Below, in pieces: positions 30,954 through 39,888 of a stretch of DNA of 64,000 nt. The stretch lies in contig JALSJE010000054.1 in assembly GCA_026989495.1 (NCBI GenBank), positions 5,271 through 69,270 of the forward strand, read 5' to 3'. The stretch comes from Gammaproteobacteria bacterium (GTDB lineage Bacteria; Pseudomonadota; Gammaproteobacteria; S144-34). A program made the position numbers and the translations under genes. The notes under the pieces are model-generated. The model was not told the origin of the DNA and did not search any database. It saw only the letters and a program-made list of their open reading frames with translations. The first letter of the stretch is position 1. Each line of letters opens with the position of its first letter.

Positions 30954-32000
30954 TCAGCCCCCTTCCGGGGCGGGCAGGGGCAGGCGCGCCATCAGGTAGC
31001 CGAGGCAGTCCTGGCGGATGACGCGCAGGTCGCGCGTGAGCATGGCGGGGACGACGGCGCAGCGCACGGTGAGCGCCCCGTCCGCGGCCACCTCCAGGCA
31101 GGGACGGCGCGCGCGGACACCGTCGGCGTCCTCGACCTGGAGCACGTCCGGATCGCGCGCCCAGCCCAGCACCGTCCCGGGCGGGAGCTCGGAGAAGTTG
31201 AGCCGGTCGAGGTCGGGCACGAGCACGAGGTCCACCGCCGCGTCCGGTCCCGTGCCGAAGGCGATGCGCGCGCCCTCGCGCACGCGAAGCCGCGCGACGG
31301 TGTGGTAGAGGTCGATCTCCTCCGGGCGGGGCGGACGCGACGGCACCTCGGCCAGATGCAGGCAGGCCTCCAGGAAACGCGCCGCGCGCCGCACGCCCGC
31401 CCCGTCGCCCACGCGGCCGCACTCGACCGTGACCGCCGGACAGAGCGGCGCGAAGGCCATGGACTGCACGCCCCGCGGGCGGGTGAAATGCACCACGGTG
31501 CGGGAGAAGAGCAGCGCCAGGTTCAGGTGCGCCGGTTCGAGGCGGTTGACGCAGGCGTAGTGGGGGTTGCGCCCGGTGTTGTTGTGCAGATCCACGCTGG
31601 CGAAGACGCCGCGCGCGGCCATGCGTTCGACGATCCAGGCGGCCATGCGGTGCACCGGGGTGATGCCGGGCCCGCCGCCCGGCCAGATGCGGTTGTAGTC
31701 GGGCTGGCCCGGCAGCCGGCGCACCCCCGCCGACGCGGCGGCCACGTTCCCCACGAACAGCACGAGCGCGCGCGGGAGCCGCCCTGGCCGGTGCGCGCCG
31801 AGCAGCGCCTGGACGGCGCGCAGGCCCACGTCCTCGTTGCCGTGGAGCAGGAGCGAGACGAACAGCGGCGGCTCGCGCCGGCCGGGGAGCTCGATCAGCG
31901 TGGGCCCCGGCAGCAGGCGGTGCAGCTCACGCGGGCTCGCGTCCAGGAAGCCCGCGGGCAGCCGCTCCAGCAGGAAGGGGCGCTCGGGATCGTTCCTCAC
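30954..32000 (-). CDS. succinylglutamate desuccinylase/aspartoacylase-family (M14-like) zinc hydrolase
   Basis: This is the 3' part of ORF 30954..32831(-). The GTG at 32000 overlaps the stop of the upstream ligase gene (GTGA). Contains LFVSLLLHGNEDVG (HxxE zinc motif) and SVDLHNNTG. Confidence 0.8.
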   Translation of the reverse strand: MRNDPERPFLLERLPAGFLDASPRELHRLLPGPTLIELPGRREPPLFVSLLLHGNEDVGLRAVQALLGAHRPGRLPRALVLFVGNVAAASAGVRRLPGQPDYNRIWPGGGPGITPVHRMAAWIVERMAARGVFASVDLHNNTGRNPHYACVNRLEPAHLNLALLFSRTVVHFTRPRGVQSMAFAPLCPAVTVECGRVGDGAGVRRAARFLEACLHLAEVPSRPPRPEEIDLYHTVARLRVREGARIAFGTGPDAAVDLVLVPDLDRLNFSELPPGTVLGWARDPDVLQVEDADGVRARRPCLEVAADGALTVRCAVVPAMLTRDLRVIRQDCLGYLMARLPLPAPEGG

Positions 32001-33442
32001 GCCGCCTCCTCGGGCGCGTCCCAGGCGTGCACGGGCCCGCCCGCCGCCTGCCGGCGCAGGTAGGCCTCGAGCAGCCCCGCCATGTCGCGCCCGTGGCGCG
32101 CGGTCCATGCCCGCTGCCAGGCCGCGCCCGTCTGGCCGCCCGCGGCGCGCGCGCGCACGATCCCGATGCAGCGCTCCACCTCGGCCACCCCGAGGCCCAG
32201 GGCGAGCAGGGCCTCGCCGGCGGCGTCCAGCAGCTCCGGCATGAGCGCCGCGAGCGGCCGGGCCACGCGGTGGCCCGGCCAGTGGACATGGGCGGCGAGC
32301 CCCTCGCGCGCGGCGCGGTAGAAGTTGTCGCGCGCGCGCTCGAAGGGGAGCTCGGCCTCGGGCGGGCGGGGCCGTCGGGCGAGGTGGACGATCAGGCCGA
32401 TGGCGAAGGCGGCGTCGGCGACCATGTCCGCCACCGTGGGCCCGGCGGGCACCACGCGATGCTCGATGCGCAGGTGCGCCCCGCCCTCGCCGAAGCCCAC
32501 CAGGGGGCGGTTCCAGCGCCAGATGGTGCCGTTGTGCAGCCGCAGGTGGGGCAGGGTCTCGGGCGGCTCGTCCGGCACCAGCGGCAGCAGCACCGGGAAG
32601 TGCTCCAGGTTCTCGCGGAAGAGCTCCAGCAGGCTCCCGCGCACATAGCCCGAGCCGAAGCTCACGCGCCGCAGGGGCCCGAAGGCCGCGCCCTCGTAGC
32701 CGCCCACCTCGATGGACTGCTCGAACAGCGGGATGCGGGTCTCGTCCCAAAGGTCGCGCCCGAACAGATAGGGCGAATTGGCCGAGCCCGCGACGGTGGC
32801 GGCCGAGGCGACGAGGGCGGCGTTGTAGCACCGCGCCGCCAGCGAGGCCGGCACCTGGAGGTGGATCTGGAAGGAGGTGGTGGCGGACTCCAGCATCACA
32901 TCGCGATGCTCCAGCACCAGGTGCTCGCGTCCGGCGATGTCGACGCGCACGGGCCGCCCCTGGCGCTGGGCGAAGACCTGCTCGTTGAGGGCGCGGTAGC
33001 GGTTGAGCGGCGACATGGCCGCCAGCGTGAGGTCCTCCGGCCTCAGCGTGGGCAGGATCCCGATGGCGCAGGCGCGCAGGCCGAGCGCCGCCGCGGCCTC
33101 CTGCAGCCTGCGCCAGCGCGCGGCGAGGTCGGACTCCAGGGCGCCGAGGGCCGCGCCCGAGAGCGGCCGCGGCGGGCCGTTGAGCTCGATGTTGAAGCGC
33201 GCGAGCTCGGGCACCACCAGGGGGTCGTCCAGCCGCTCCAGGAGCGCCTCGTTCCGGGGGGCCGGCCGCCCGGCCCCGTCCACGAGCCAGGCCTCCAGCT
33301 CGAAGCCGCCCACCCAGCCCTCGTCGCGGAAGCGGCCGGCCTCGAACCAGCGCGCGAGCTCGGCGGTCTCGCGGGCCAGGGCCTCACGGAAGCGGGCGAA
33401 GTCCGCCGCCCCGAACCGGTCGCTCGCGATCTCCCGGCCCAT
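31997..33442 (-). CDS. carboxylate-amine ligase, glutamate-cysteine ligase family 2 (YbdK-like, extended)
   Basis: ORF 31997..33442(-), 481 aa. Contains FELEAWLVD, FNIELN, ESATTSFQIHLQV and GSANSPYLFG, which match GCS2/YbdK-type motifs. Confidence 0.82.
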   Translation of the reverse strand: MGREIASDRFGAADFARFREALARETAELARWFEAGRFRDEGWVGGFELEAWLVDGAGRPAPRNEALLERLDDPLVVPELARFNIELNGPPRPLSGAALGALESDLAARWRRLQEAAAALGLRACAIGILPTLRPEDLTLAAMSPLNRYRALNEQVFAQRQGRPVRVDIAGREHLVLEHRDVMLESATTSFQIHLQVPASLAARCYNAALVASAATVAGSANSPYLFGRDLWDETRIPLFEQSIEVGGYEGAAFGPLRRVSFGSGYVRGSLLELFRENLEHFPVLLPLVPDEPPETLPHLRLHNGTIWRWNRPLVGFGEGGAHLRIEHRVVPAGPTVADMVADAAFAIGLIVHLARRPRPPEAELPFERARDNFYRAAREGLAAHVHWPGHRVARPLAALMPELLDAAGEALLALGLGVAEVERCIGIVRARAAGGQTGAAWQRAWTARHGRDMAGLLEAYLRRQAAGGPVHAWDAPEEAA

Positions 33443-33448
33443 GGCGGC

Positions 33449-33928
33449 TCACGCCTCCCGCCCCGTTCCGTCCTCGTCGTCGCCGGCCTCGAGCTGGGAG
33501 TCGAGCAGCGCGGCCCAGAGGGGCTCGTGCCGCTCGAGGAGCGCGAGCGCCGTGCGCTCCAGCGCGGCGAGCTCGGCCCGCAGGCGCTCGCCCGTGGCGT
33601 CGGCCTCGAGCCCCGCGGCCGCGCGGGCGGCATCCGCGAGGGCCTCGCGCACCCGCAGCGCCGCGCCCAGCGCGCTCTTGACCTGCTCGCGCGGGTGCGG
33701 GATCCACCCGCGGTCGGCCGCCAGCGAGGCGAGGGCCTCGCCCAGCGCGAGCAGCCGCTTGCGCAGCCGCGGGACCGCGCCCACCTGCCGGGCGCGCGGG
33801 CCGGCCCAGACGGCGAGCTCCATGAGCGCGAGCCACCCCGTCCGCAACCGCGCCACCGCCCCGGGGTCGAGGGCGAGGCTCGCCGCCACCTGGCGGTGAT
33901 CCCTCAGGTCGGGTCGGCGCGTGGTCAT
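33449..33928 (-). CDS. hypothetical all-helical protein (159 aa)
   Basis: This is the 3' part of ORF 33449..34270(-). The ATG at 33928 overlaps the murU stop (ATGA), and the stop lies 6 nt before the ligase start. I recognise no family. The call rests mainly on translational coupling. Confidence 0.5.
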   Translation of the reverse strand: MTTRRPDLRDHRQVAASLALDPGAVARLRTGWLALMELAVWAGPRARQVGAVPRLRKRLLALGEALASLAADRGWIPHPREQVKSALGAALRVREALADAARAAAGLEADATGERLRAELAALERTALALLERHEPLWAALLDSQLEAGDDEDGTGREA

Positions 33929-34614
33929 GCGGCGGCCCCCAGGCGTGCCCTCAGCTCGGCGAGCCGCGCGGGCGTGCCCACGTCCAGCCAGGCGCCCTCC
34001 CAGCGCTCGCCCGTGACCAGCCCGTGCGCGGCCGCATGCCGCAGGAGCGGGGCGAGCGGCTGGCGCCCGCAGCCGCAGCCGGCGAGAAGCGCCGGGTGCA
34101 GCACGGCGATGCCGGTGTAGGTGAGGCGCCGGCCCTGCGTGGGATGCACGCGCCCGTCTCCCAGCAGGCCGAAGTCGCCGCCGGGATGGTGCGGGGGGTT
34201 GTCCACCAGCACCAGATGGGCCAGGCCGCGCAGGGGACGGCGCAGGCGGGCGAAGGGGTAGCCGCTCCACACATCGGCGTTGGCCACCACGAACGGGCCC
34301 TCCCCCAGCAGGGGCAGCGCGGCGACGATGCCGCCGGCCGTCTCATAGGCCCCCGGCGGCTCGCGCGACCAGCGGATGCGCACGCCGAAGGCGCCGCCGT
34401 CTCCGAGGGCGGCCATCAGGCGGGCGGCCTGCCAGCCGGCGTTGACAACCACCTCCCGGAAACCGGCCTCGGCCAGCCGCGCGAGCACGTGCCCGACGAG
34501 GGGCCGCGATCCTGCGGCGAGCAGCGGCTTGGGCACGCGGTCGGTGAGCGGCCGCAGCCGCTCGCCGCGCCCGGCCGCCAGCACCATGGCGCGCTGCGGG
34601 ACGGTGCCGGCCAT
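33925..34614 (-). CDS. murU: N-acetylmuramate alpha-1-phosphate uridylyltransferase-like nucleotidyltransferase
   Basis: This is the 3' part of ORF 33925..34983(-), with the ATG at 34614. Reads MAGTVPQRAMVLAAGRGERLRPLTDRVPKPLL (GxGxR sugar-nucleotidyltransferase motif). Size (~229 aa) and the nearby amgK fit MurU. Confidence 0.8.
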   Translation of the reverse strand: MAGTVPQRAMVLAAGRGERLRPLTDRVPKPLLAAGSRPLVGHVLARLAEAGFREVVVNAGWQAARLMAALGDGGAFGVRIRWSREPPGAYETAGGIVAALPLLGEGPFVVANADVWSGYPFARLRRPLRGLAHLVLVDNPPHHPGGDFGLLGDGRVHPTQGRRLTYTGIAVLHPALLAGCGCGRQPLAPLLRHAAAHGLVTGERWEGAWLDVGTPARLAELRARLGAAA

Positions 34615-34933
34615 GCGCCCATCGTAGCACCTGGCTAGCCCGGAAATTGCACCAGGACGGCTGCCGGCAGGGTGGCAACATCGGGATGGTCCGGAGAAAA
34701 CGGGTGTCCGGCATGCGGGTTCCGGGGGGACGGTTCGCGCCTGCCGGCAGCCTGCCCCGGCCCTTGCGGCTTTTCGCTCGCGCCCGCTGGGTCTTCGCCC
34801 GGGCCGTGGTCCCCGCCACGGCCCGGGCTCCAGACCGGCGCGGGCGCGGCTGCAAAGGCCGCAATCATCCGGGGCCCCCGGTGCAATATCCGGGCTGGCG
34901 CCGCGGGGGCCGGCGTGGAACAATGCGCCGCCC

Positions 34934-35611
34934 ATGGCCGAGGCGACGCTCACCCCCGCCGGCTGCGCATCCGGCGGCCTCACCCTGGCCGGCGCGGCGG
35001 GCCCGCTCGAGGCGCTCCTCGACTGCCCCGAGGGCGCGCCCCGGGCGGTCGCGCTGGTGCTCCATCCCCATCCCCTCTACGGGGGCACGATGCGCAACAA
35101 GGTGGCCCACACCCTGGCGCGCACCCTCGCCGGGCTGGGCGCCGCCACGCTGCGCTTCAACTTCCGCGGCGTGGGCGCGAGCGCCGGGCCGCACGACCAC
35201 GGCCGCGGCGAGGCCGAGGATGCGGCCCGTGCCGCGGCCTGGCTGCGCGCGGCGCTGCCGGGCCGCCCCCTGTGGCTGGCGGGCTTCTCCTTCGGCGCGT
35301 GGGTGGCCCTGCGCGCCGCACCCGTGGTGCGGCCCGACTGCCTGGTGACCGTGGCCCCGCCGGCCGACCGCTACGACCAGGCCGAGGTCACGCGCCCCGA
35401 CTGCCCGTGGCTGCTGGTGCAGGGCGACGCCGACGAGGTCGTGGATGCGGCCGCCGTGCTGCGCTGGGCGCGGCGCATGATGCCGCCGCCCCATATCGTG
35501 CGCCTGCCCGGCACCGGCCATTTCTTCGACCGCCGCCTCGTCGCCCTGGCCGCCGCCGTGCGCGAGGGCCTGGCGGCGGCCGGCTGCGCCACCCAGGCGC
35601 CGGCGCGCTGA
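34934..35611 (+). CDS. alpha/beta hydrolase fold protein
   Basis: ORF 34934..35611(+). Contains VALVLHPHPLYGGTMRNKV, the nucleophile-elbow-like GFSFGA, and QGDADEVV...GHFF. Confidence 0.8.
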   Translation: MAEATLTPAGCASGGLTLAGAAGPLEALLDCPEGAPRAVALVLHPHPLYGGTMRNKVAHTLARTLAGLGAATLRFNFRGVGASAGPHDHGRGEAEDAARAAAWLRAALPGRPLWLAGFSFGAWVALRAAPVVRPDCLVTVAPPADRYDQAEVTRPDCPWLLVQGDADEVVDAAAVLRWARRMMPPPHIVRLPGTGHFFDRRLVALAAAVREGLAAAGCATQAPAR

Positions 35612-35620
35612 GGCGCCGGC

Positions 35621-36214
35621 CTACTCGCCCAGCGGCTGGACGATGGTGAAGGCGCCGCGGATGTCGCCCACCTCGAAGCCGCGGGCGCGGTCGCCCGGAT
35701 AGAGCCGGTCGAGCAGGCCCGCCACCTCGGGCGCGATGCGCTCGCCATGGCAGGTGAGGCAGGGCGCACCCGTGGGGATGGCCTTCATCCAGCGGAAGAC
35801 GCGCCGGCCGTCCTGCACCACGACCTCGTAATGCTCGAGCCGGGAGACGGGCGTGCCGGCACGGCGCCGGGCCTCGAAGCGCTCCAGCACCCGCCGCTCC
35901 CAGACGTCGGGGGCATTGGCCGGGTTGCGCCAGCGCAGGCTGGTGCGGCCCACCTGCCAGCCGGTGCGCTCGGAAAAGGCCCGTGCGATCTGCGGCGCCC
36001 GCTCCCGGCAGACCGGGATGGCCTCGACGGGTCCCCCCGCCTTCATGGCGCGCATGAGCTCGCCCTTGAGGGCCCGCATGAACTCCATCGCCACCCGGCG
36101 GCTCTCGTCCGCGCGGCGGGCGAGCTCGTCCCGGCCTTCGGCGGCGCCGGCGGGCATCGCTGCGGCAAGCAGGCCGCCGGCCATCCATGCGGCAAGGATG
36201 CGTGCACGTGCCAT
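35621..36214 (-). CDS. DUF3365-like periplasmic c-type haem protein
   Basis: ORF 35621..36241(-) trimmed to the ATG at 36214. Signal peptide is MARARILAAWMAGGLLAAAMPAGAA. It has a single CLTCH haem-binding motif. Confidence 0.75.
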   Translation of the reverse strand: MARARILAAWMAGGLLAAAMPAGAAEGRDELARRADESRRVAMEFMRALKGELMRAMKAGGPVEAIPVCRERAPQIARAFSERTGWQVGRTSLRWRNPANAPDVWERRVLERFEARRRAGTPVSRLEHYEVVVQDGRRVFRWMKAIPTGAPCLTCHGERIAPEVAGLLDRLYPGDRARGFEVGDIRGAFTIVQPLGE

Positions 36215-36252
36215 GGCCCTGTCCTCCCTTTTCCGTGACACCCTGCAAGAGG

Positions 36253-37299
36253 CTAGCCCGCCGCCTCGCCGGCCTCGGTGACCGGATCACCCTCGGGCCC
36301 GAGGCGCGGGGCGACGCGCTCGGCCAGCCAGCGGCCGAAGGCCTCGAGCGCGCGGTGGCGCCCGGACACCTCACGCACGTAGCCCAGGGTGCGCGGGATG
36401 TCGGCGAGGTAGCCGCGCTTGCCGTCGCGATGCCAGAGCCGCGCGAAGATCCCGATGGCCTTGAGGTGGCGCTGCACGCCCATGAGGTCGAACCAGGCGA
36501 GGAAGCGCTCCTCGTCCTCCTCGTGCAGGATGCCCGACTGGCAGGCGAGGTCGTGGTAGCCCAGGGCCCACGCCTCGACCCGCTCGCGCGGCCAGGCGAT
36601 GTAGCAGTCGCGCAGCAGCGAGACCAGGTCGTAGGTGACCGGGCCCGCGACCGCGTCCTGGAAGTCCACGATACCCGGGTTGTTGCGCCCGGTCACGAGG
36701 AGGTTGCGCGAATGGTAGTCGCGGTGCACGGCCACCACCGGCTGCGCCAGGGCGCTGGCGACCAGCGTCCCGGACACCGCCTCGAGCAGGGCCTCCTCCG
36801 CCGGCGACAGCACGAGCCCCAGGTGGCGCCGCAGGAACCAGTCGCGGAACAGGGCGAGCTCGGCGAGCAGCAGCGCCCGGTCATAGGGCGGGAGCGCGCC
36901 CGGGTCCACGCAGGCCTGGAGGGTGGCGAGCGCGCCGAGGGCGTCGCCGTAGAGGCGGTCGGCCCGCTCCGGTGTGAGGGCGTCGAGATAGAGCGTCTCG
37001 CCGAGGTCGGTGAGGATCAGGAAGCCGCGCTCGGCGTCCTCGGCCAGGATCTCCGGCACGTTGAGCCCCACCGGCCGCAGCAGGCGCGCGATGCGCACGT
37101 AGGGGCGCACGTCCTCGCGCCCGGGCGGGGCGTCCATCACGATCCAGGAACGCCCGCTCACGCGCACGCGCAGGTAGCGCCGGAAGCTGGCGTCGGCGGA
37201 GGCCGGCTCCAGCCGGGCCGGGCCGCCGAGCCCCAGCCGCTCGCCCACCCAGGCAGCGAGCGCCGCCGCGCGGCCTTCGTCCCCGCCCTGCCCGTCCAT
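36253..37299 (-). CDS. amgK: anomeric MurNAc/GlcNAc kinase-like aminoglycoside-phosphotransferase-fold kinase
   Basis: ORF 36253..37299(-). Contains HRDYHSRNLL (HxDxxxxN catalytic loop) and VDFQDA. Divergent from lptD, as amgK is in Pseudomonas. Confidence 0.8.
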   Translation of the reverse strand: MDGQGGDEGRAAALAAWVGERLGLGGPARLEPASADASFRRYLRVRVSGRSWIVMDAPPGREDVRPYVRIARLLRPVGLNVPEILAEDAERGFLILTDLGETLYLDALTPERADRLYGDALGALATLQACVDPGALPPYDRALLLAELALFRDWFLRRHLGLVLSPAEEALLEAVSGTLVASALAQPVVAVHRDYHSRNLLVTGRNNPGIVDFQDAVAGPVTYDLVSLLRDCYIAWPRERVEAWALGYHDLACQSGILHEEDEERFLAWFDLMGVQRHLKAIGIFARLWHRDGKRGYLADIPRTLGYVREVSGRHRALEAFGRWLAERVAPRLGPEGDPVTEAGEAAG

Positions 37300-37430
37300 C
37301 TGCGCCTCCGCCGCGGTTTGAAGCGGCCTCGATTCTATGCCATTTTGTCGCGCCGGCGCGGCCGTCCCACCGCCCCGGACCTGCCCGCCGCCCCTCCATC
37401 CAGGCGATTCATCGCTTCCCGGAGCCGCCC

Positions 37431-39845
37431 TTGACGCGACCGACGAGCCTCACCGCCCTGTCCCTGCTCTGCGGCGGCCTCCTGGCGGTCCCCTCCCTGC
37501 GCGCGGCCGAAAACCACTGGGTCTGCCGACCGGACGGCGCCGGCGGCTGGTCCTGCGCCTGGGTGGAGCAGGGAGGGGCGGCGCCGGGCCCGGGCCGGGA
37601 GGCCGCCTTCGGGATGCATCCCGCAGCCGGGGGGCCGCGGCCGGCCTCGCAGGCTGCGCCGTCCGCGGACGGCGGCCCGACGGAAGCCACGCCGTCCGCT
37701 CCGGCAGCCGCCGGAGCGGCGGCCCTGTGCCCGCCCCCGGCGCGCCTGGCCGAGCCCGGGCCGGGACGGCCCGAGGACCGTGCCACGACCCCCCTCCACG
37801 TGAGCGCCGCCCGCAGCGAGATGCGCGGCGAGCGCCTCGGCCTCTTCGAAGGCGAGGTGGTGCTGGAGCGGGCCGACCAGCGCCTCCAGGCCGAGCGCGT
37901 CACCTACGACCGCGGGACAGACGTCGTCGAGGCCGAGGGCGAGGTGCGCTACGCCGACCCGGGGCTGGAGCTCGCGGCCGCGCGCGCACGGCTGGCGCTC
38001 GCGGCCGACACGGGCCGCTTCGAGGACGTGCGCTACCGGCTGCCCGGGGGCGGCGGACGGGGCGAGGCCGCGCGCGCCTCCTTCGAGGGCCGCACGCGCG
38101 CACGCCTCGAGACCGTGAGCTACACCACCTGCCCGCCCGGGGCCGAGGCCTGGAAGCTGCGTGCCCGCCGCCTGGACCTGGACCGCGCCTCCGGGCGTGG
38201 CGTGGCCCGTCACGCCACGCTCCGGCTCGGGCGCGTGCCCGTGCTCTACAGCCCCTACCTCAGCTTCCCCATCGACGACCGGCGCAAGAGCGGCTTCCTC
38301 GCCCCCAGCCTCGGCCGCTCGGACCGCACCGGGACGGACGTGCGCATCCCCTGGTACTGGAACATCGCCCCCAACTATGACGCCACCTTCGTGCCACGCT
38401 GGATGGGCAAGCGCGGCCTCCAGCTCGGCGCCGAGTTCCGCTACCTCACCCGCACCAGCGAGGGCGAGATCCAGGGCGAGTACCTGCGCTACGACGACGT
38501 CACGGGCGACGACCGGGGGCTGGTGCGTCTGCGCCATCGCACCGTCCTCGGCCCCTGGCGGCTGACGGTGGACGCCCGTCATGTCTCCGACGCCCGCTAT
38601 TTCGAGGATCTCGGCAGCAGCCTCACGGCCGTGGCCACCACCCACCTGGAGCAGCGCGCGGACCTGGACTGGGCACGCGGGCGCTGGTCGGCGCTGCTGC
38701 GCCTGCAGGCCTTCCAGACCGTCGACCCTGCCATCGCCCCCGCGAGCCGCCCCTACCGGCGGCTGCCGCAGCTCAGGCTCGCGCTGGCGCCGGGGCGCGG
38801 CCCGCTGGGCCTGAGCTGGTCGGGCCATCTGGAGGTGGTGCGCTTCAGCCACGAGGCCGCGGGCAAGACCACGGGCACGCGCGTGGACCTGCGTCCGCGC
38901 GTGAGCTGGCCGGTGCGCCGTCCGGGCTGGTACGTGGAGCCCGCGCTCGCCCTGCGCCACACGCGCTACGCCCTCGAGAACCCGGGCGCGGGCAAGCCTG
39001 CCGACCCGAGCCGCACGCTCCCCACCTTCAGCCTCGACGCGGGCGTCTTCCTGGAGAAGCCCGTGGCCGGCGGGCGGCTGCTGCACACCATCGAGCCACG
39101 GCTCTACTACCTCTACGTGCCCTACGAGGGCCAGGACGACCTGCCGGTCTTCGACACGGGGCTGCTCGACTTCTCCTTCGCGCAGCTCTTCCGTGAGGAC
39201 CGCTTCTCCGGGCCCGACCGCGTGGGCGACGCCAATCAGCTCACGCTCGCGGTCACGAGCCGCCTGGTCGAGACCGCGGGCGGGGTGGAGCGGCTCTCGG
39301 TGAGCCTGGGCCAGATCCGCTATTTCCGCGACCGGCGCGTGGTCCTGCCTGGCGGGACCGTCGAGGGCCGGCGCGGCTCCAACCTGGTGCTGCAGGCCTC
39401 GGCCCTGCCGTGGCGTTCCCTGCGTGTGAGCGCCGGCCTGCAGTGGGACCCGGACCCGGGGCGCGTGGAACGCGCGGGCCTCAGCCTGCTCGCGCGCGCC
39501 GACGCGCACCGCATCCTCAACCTCGCCTACCGCTTCCGGCGCGGCACCCTGGAGCAGGTGGATCTCGCCGGGCGCTGGCGGCTGGCCACCGCCTGGCACG
39601 CGGTGGGACGCTGGAACCGCTCGCTGCGCGAGGACGTGGACCTGGAACGCTTCGCCGGCGTCGAGTATGCGGCCTGCTGCTGGGGCGTGCGCCTGGTGTG
39701 GCGCGAGTACGTGGCCGCGGCCGGCGCCGAGCCCAACCGCGCCCTCCTGCTCCAGCTCGAGCTCAAGGGCCTCGGCAGCGTCGGCGAGCCCGTGGACCGC
39801 CTGCTCGAGCGTGGTATCCTTGGCTACCGCCGCGCCCGCCCCTGA
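37431..39845 (+). CDS. lptD: LPS-assembly outer-membrane protein LptD
   Basis: ORF 37431..39845(+), TTG start 6 nt after GGAG. Has a signal peptide, an N-terminal Cys pair, C-terminal adjacent Cys (EYAACCWGVR), and FSGPDRVGDANQLTLAVTSR. Confidence 0.95.
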   Translation: MTRPTSLTALSLLCGGLLAVPSLRAAENHWVCRPDGAGGWSCAWVEQGGAAPGPGREAAFGMHPAAGGPRPASQAAPSADGGPTEATPSAPAAAGAAALCPPPARLAEPGPGRPEDRATTPLHVSAARSEMRGERLGLFEGEVVLERADQRLQAERVTYDRGTDVVEAEGEVRYADPGLELAAARARLALAADTGRFEDVRYRLPGGGGRGEAARASFEGRTRARLETVSYTTCPPGAEAWKLRARRLDLDRASGRGVARHATLRLGRVPVLYSPYLSFPIDDRRKSGFLAPSLGRSDRTGTDVRIPWYWNIAPNYDATFVPRWMGKRGLQLGAEFRYLTRTSEGEIQGEYLRYDDVTGDDRGLVRLRHRTVLGPWRLTVDARHVSDARYFEDLGSSLTAVATTHLEQRADLDWARGRWSALLRLQAFQTVDPAIAPASRPYRRLPQLRLALAPGRGPLGLSWSGHLEVVRFSHEAAGKTTGTRVDLRPRVSWPVRRPGWYVEPALALRHTRYALENPGAGKPADPSRTLPTFSLDAGVFLEKPVAGGRLLHTIEPRLYYLYVPYEGQDDLPVFDTGLLDFSFAQLFREDRFSGPDRVGDANQLTLAVTSRLVETAGGVERLSVSLGQIRYFRDRRVVLPGGTVEGRRGSNLVLQASALPWRSLRVSAGLQWDPDPGRVERAGLSLLARADAHRILNLAYRFRRGTLEQVDLAGRWRLATAWHAVGRWNRSLREDVDLERFAGVEYAACCWGVRLVWREYVAAAGAEPNRALLLQLELKGLGSVGEPVDRLLERGILGYRRARP

Positions 39846-39888
39846 ACGCGGCGCCCCGACCACCACGCAGCGTCCGAACCGCCCGACC

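Noticed and set aside
34797-34828. A perfect 13-bp GC hairpin (gcccgggccgtgg/ccacggcccgggc) in the murU/hydrolase divergent spacer, considered as a REP element or terminator.
   Set aside because: I found no second copy in the window and it has no T-tract. Its position between divergent starts makes a terminator role unlikely.
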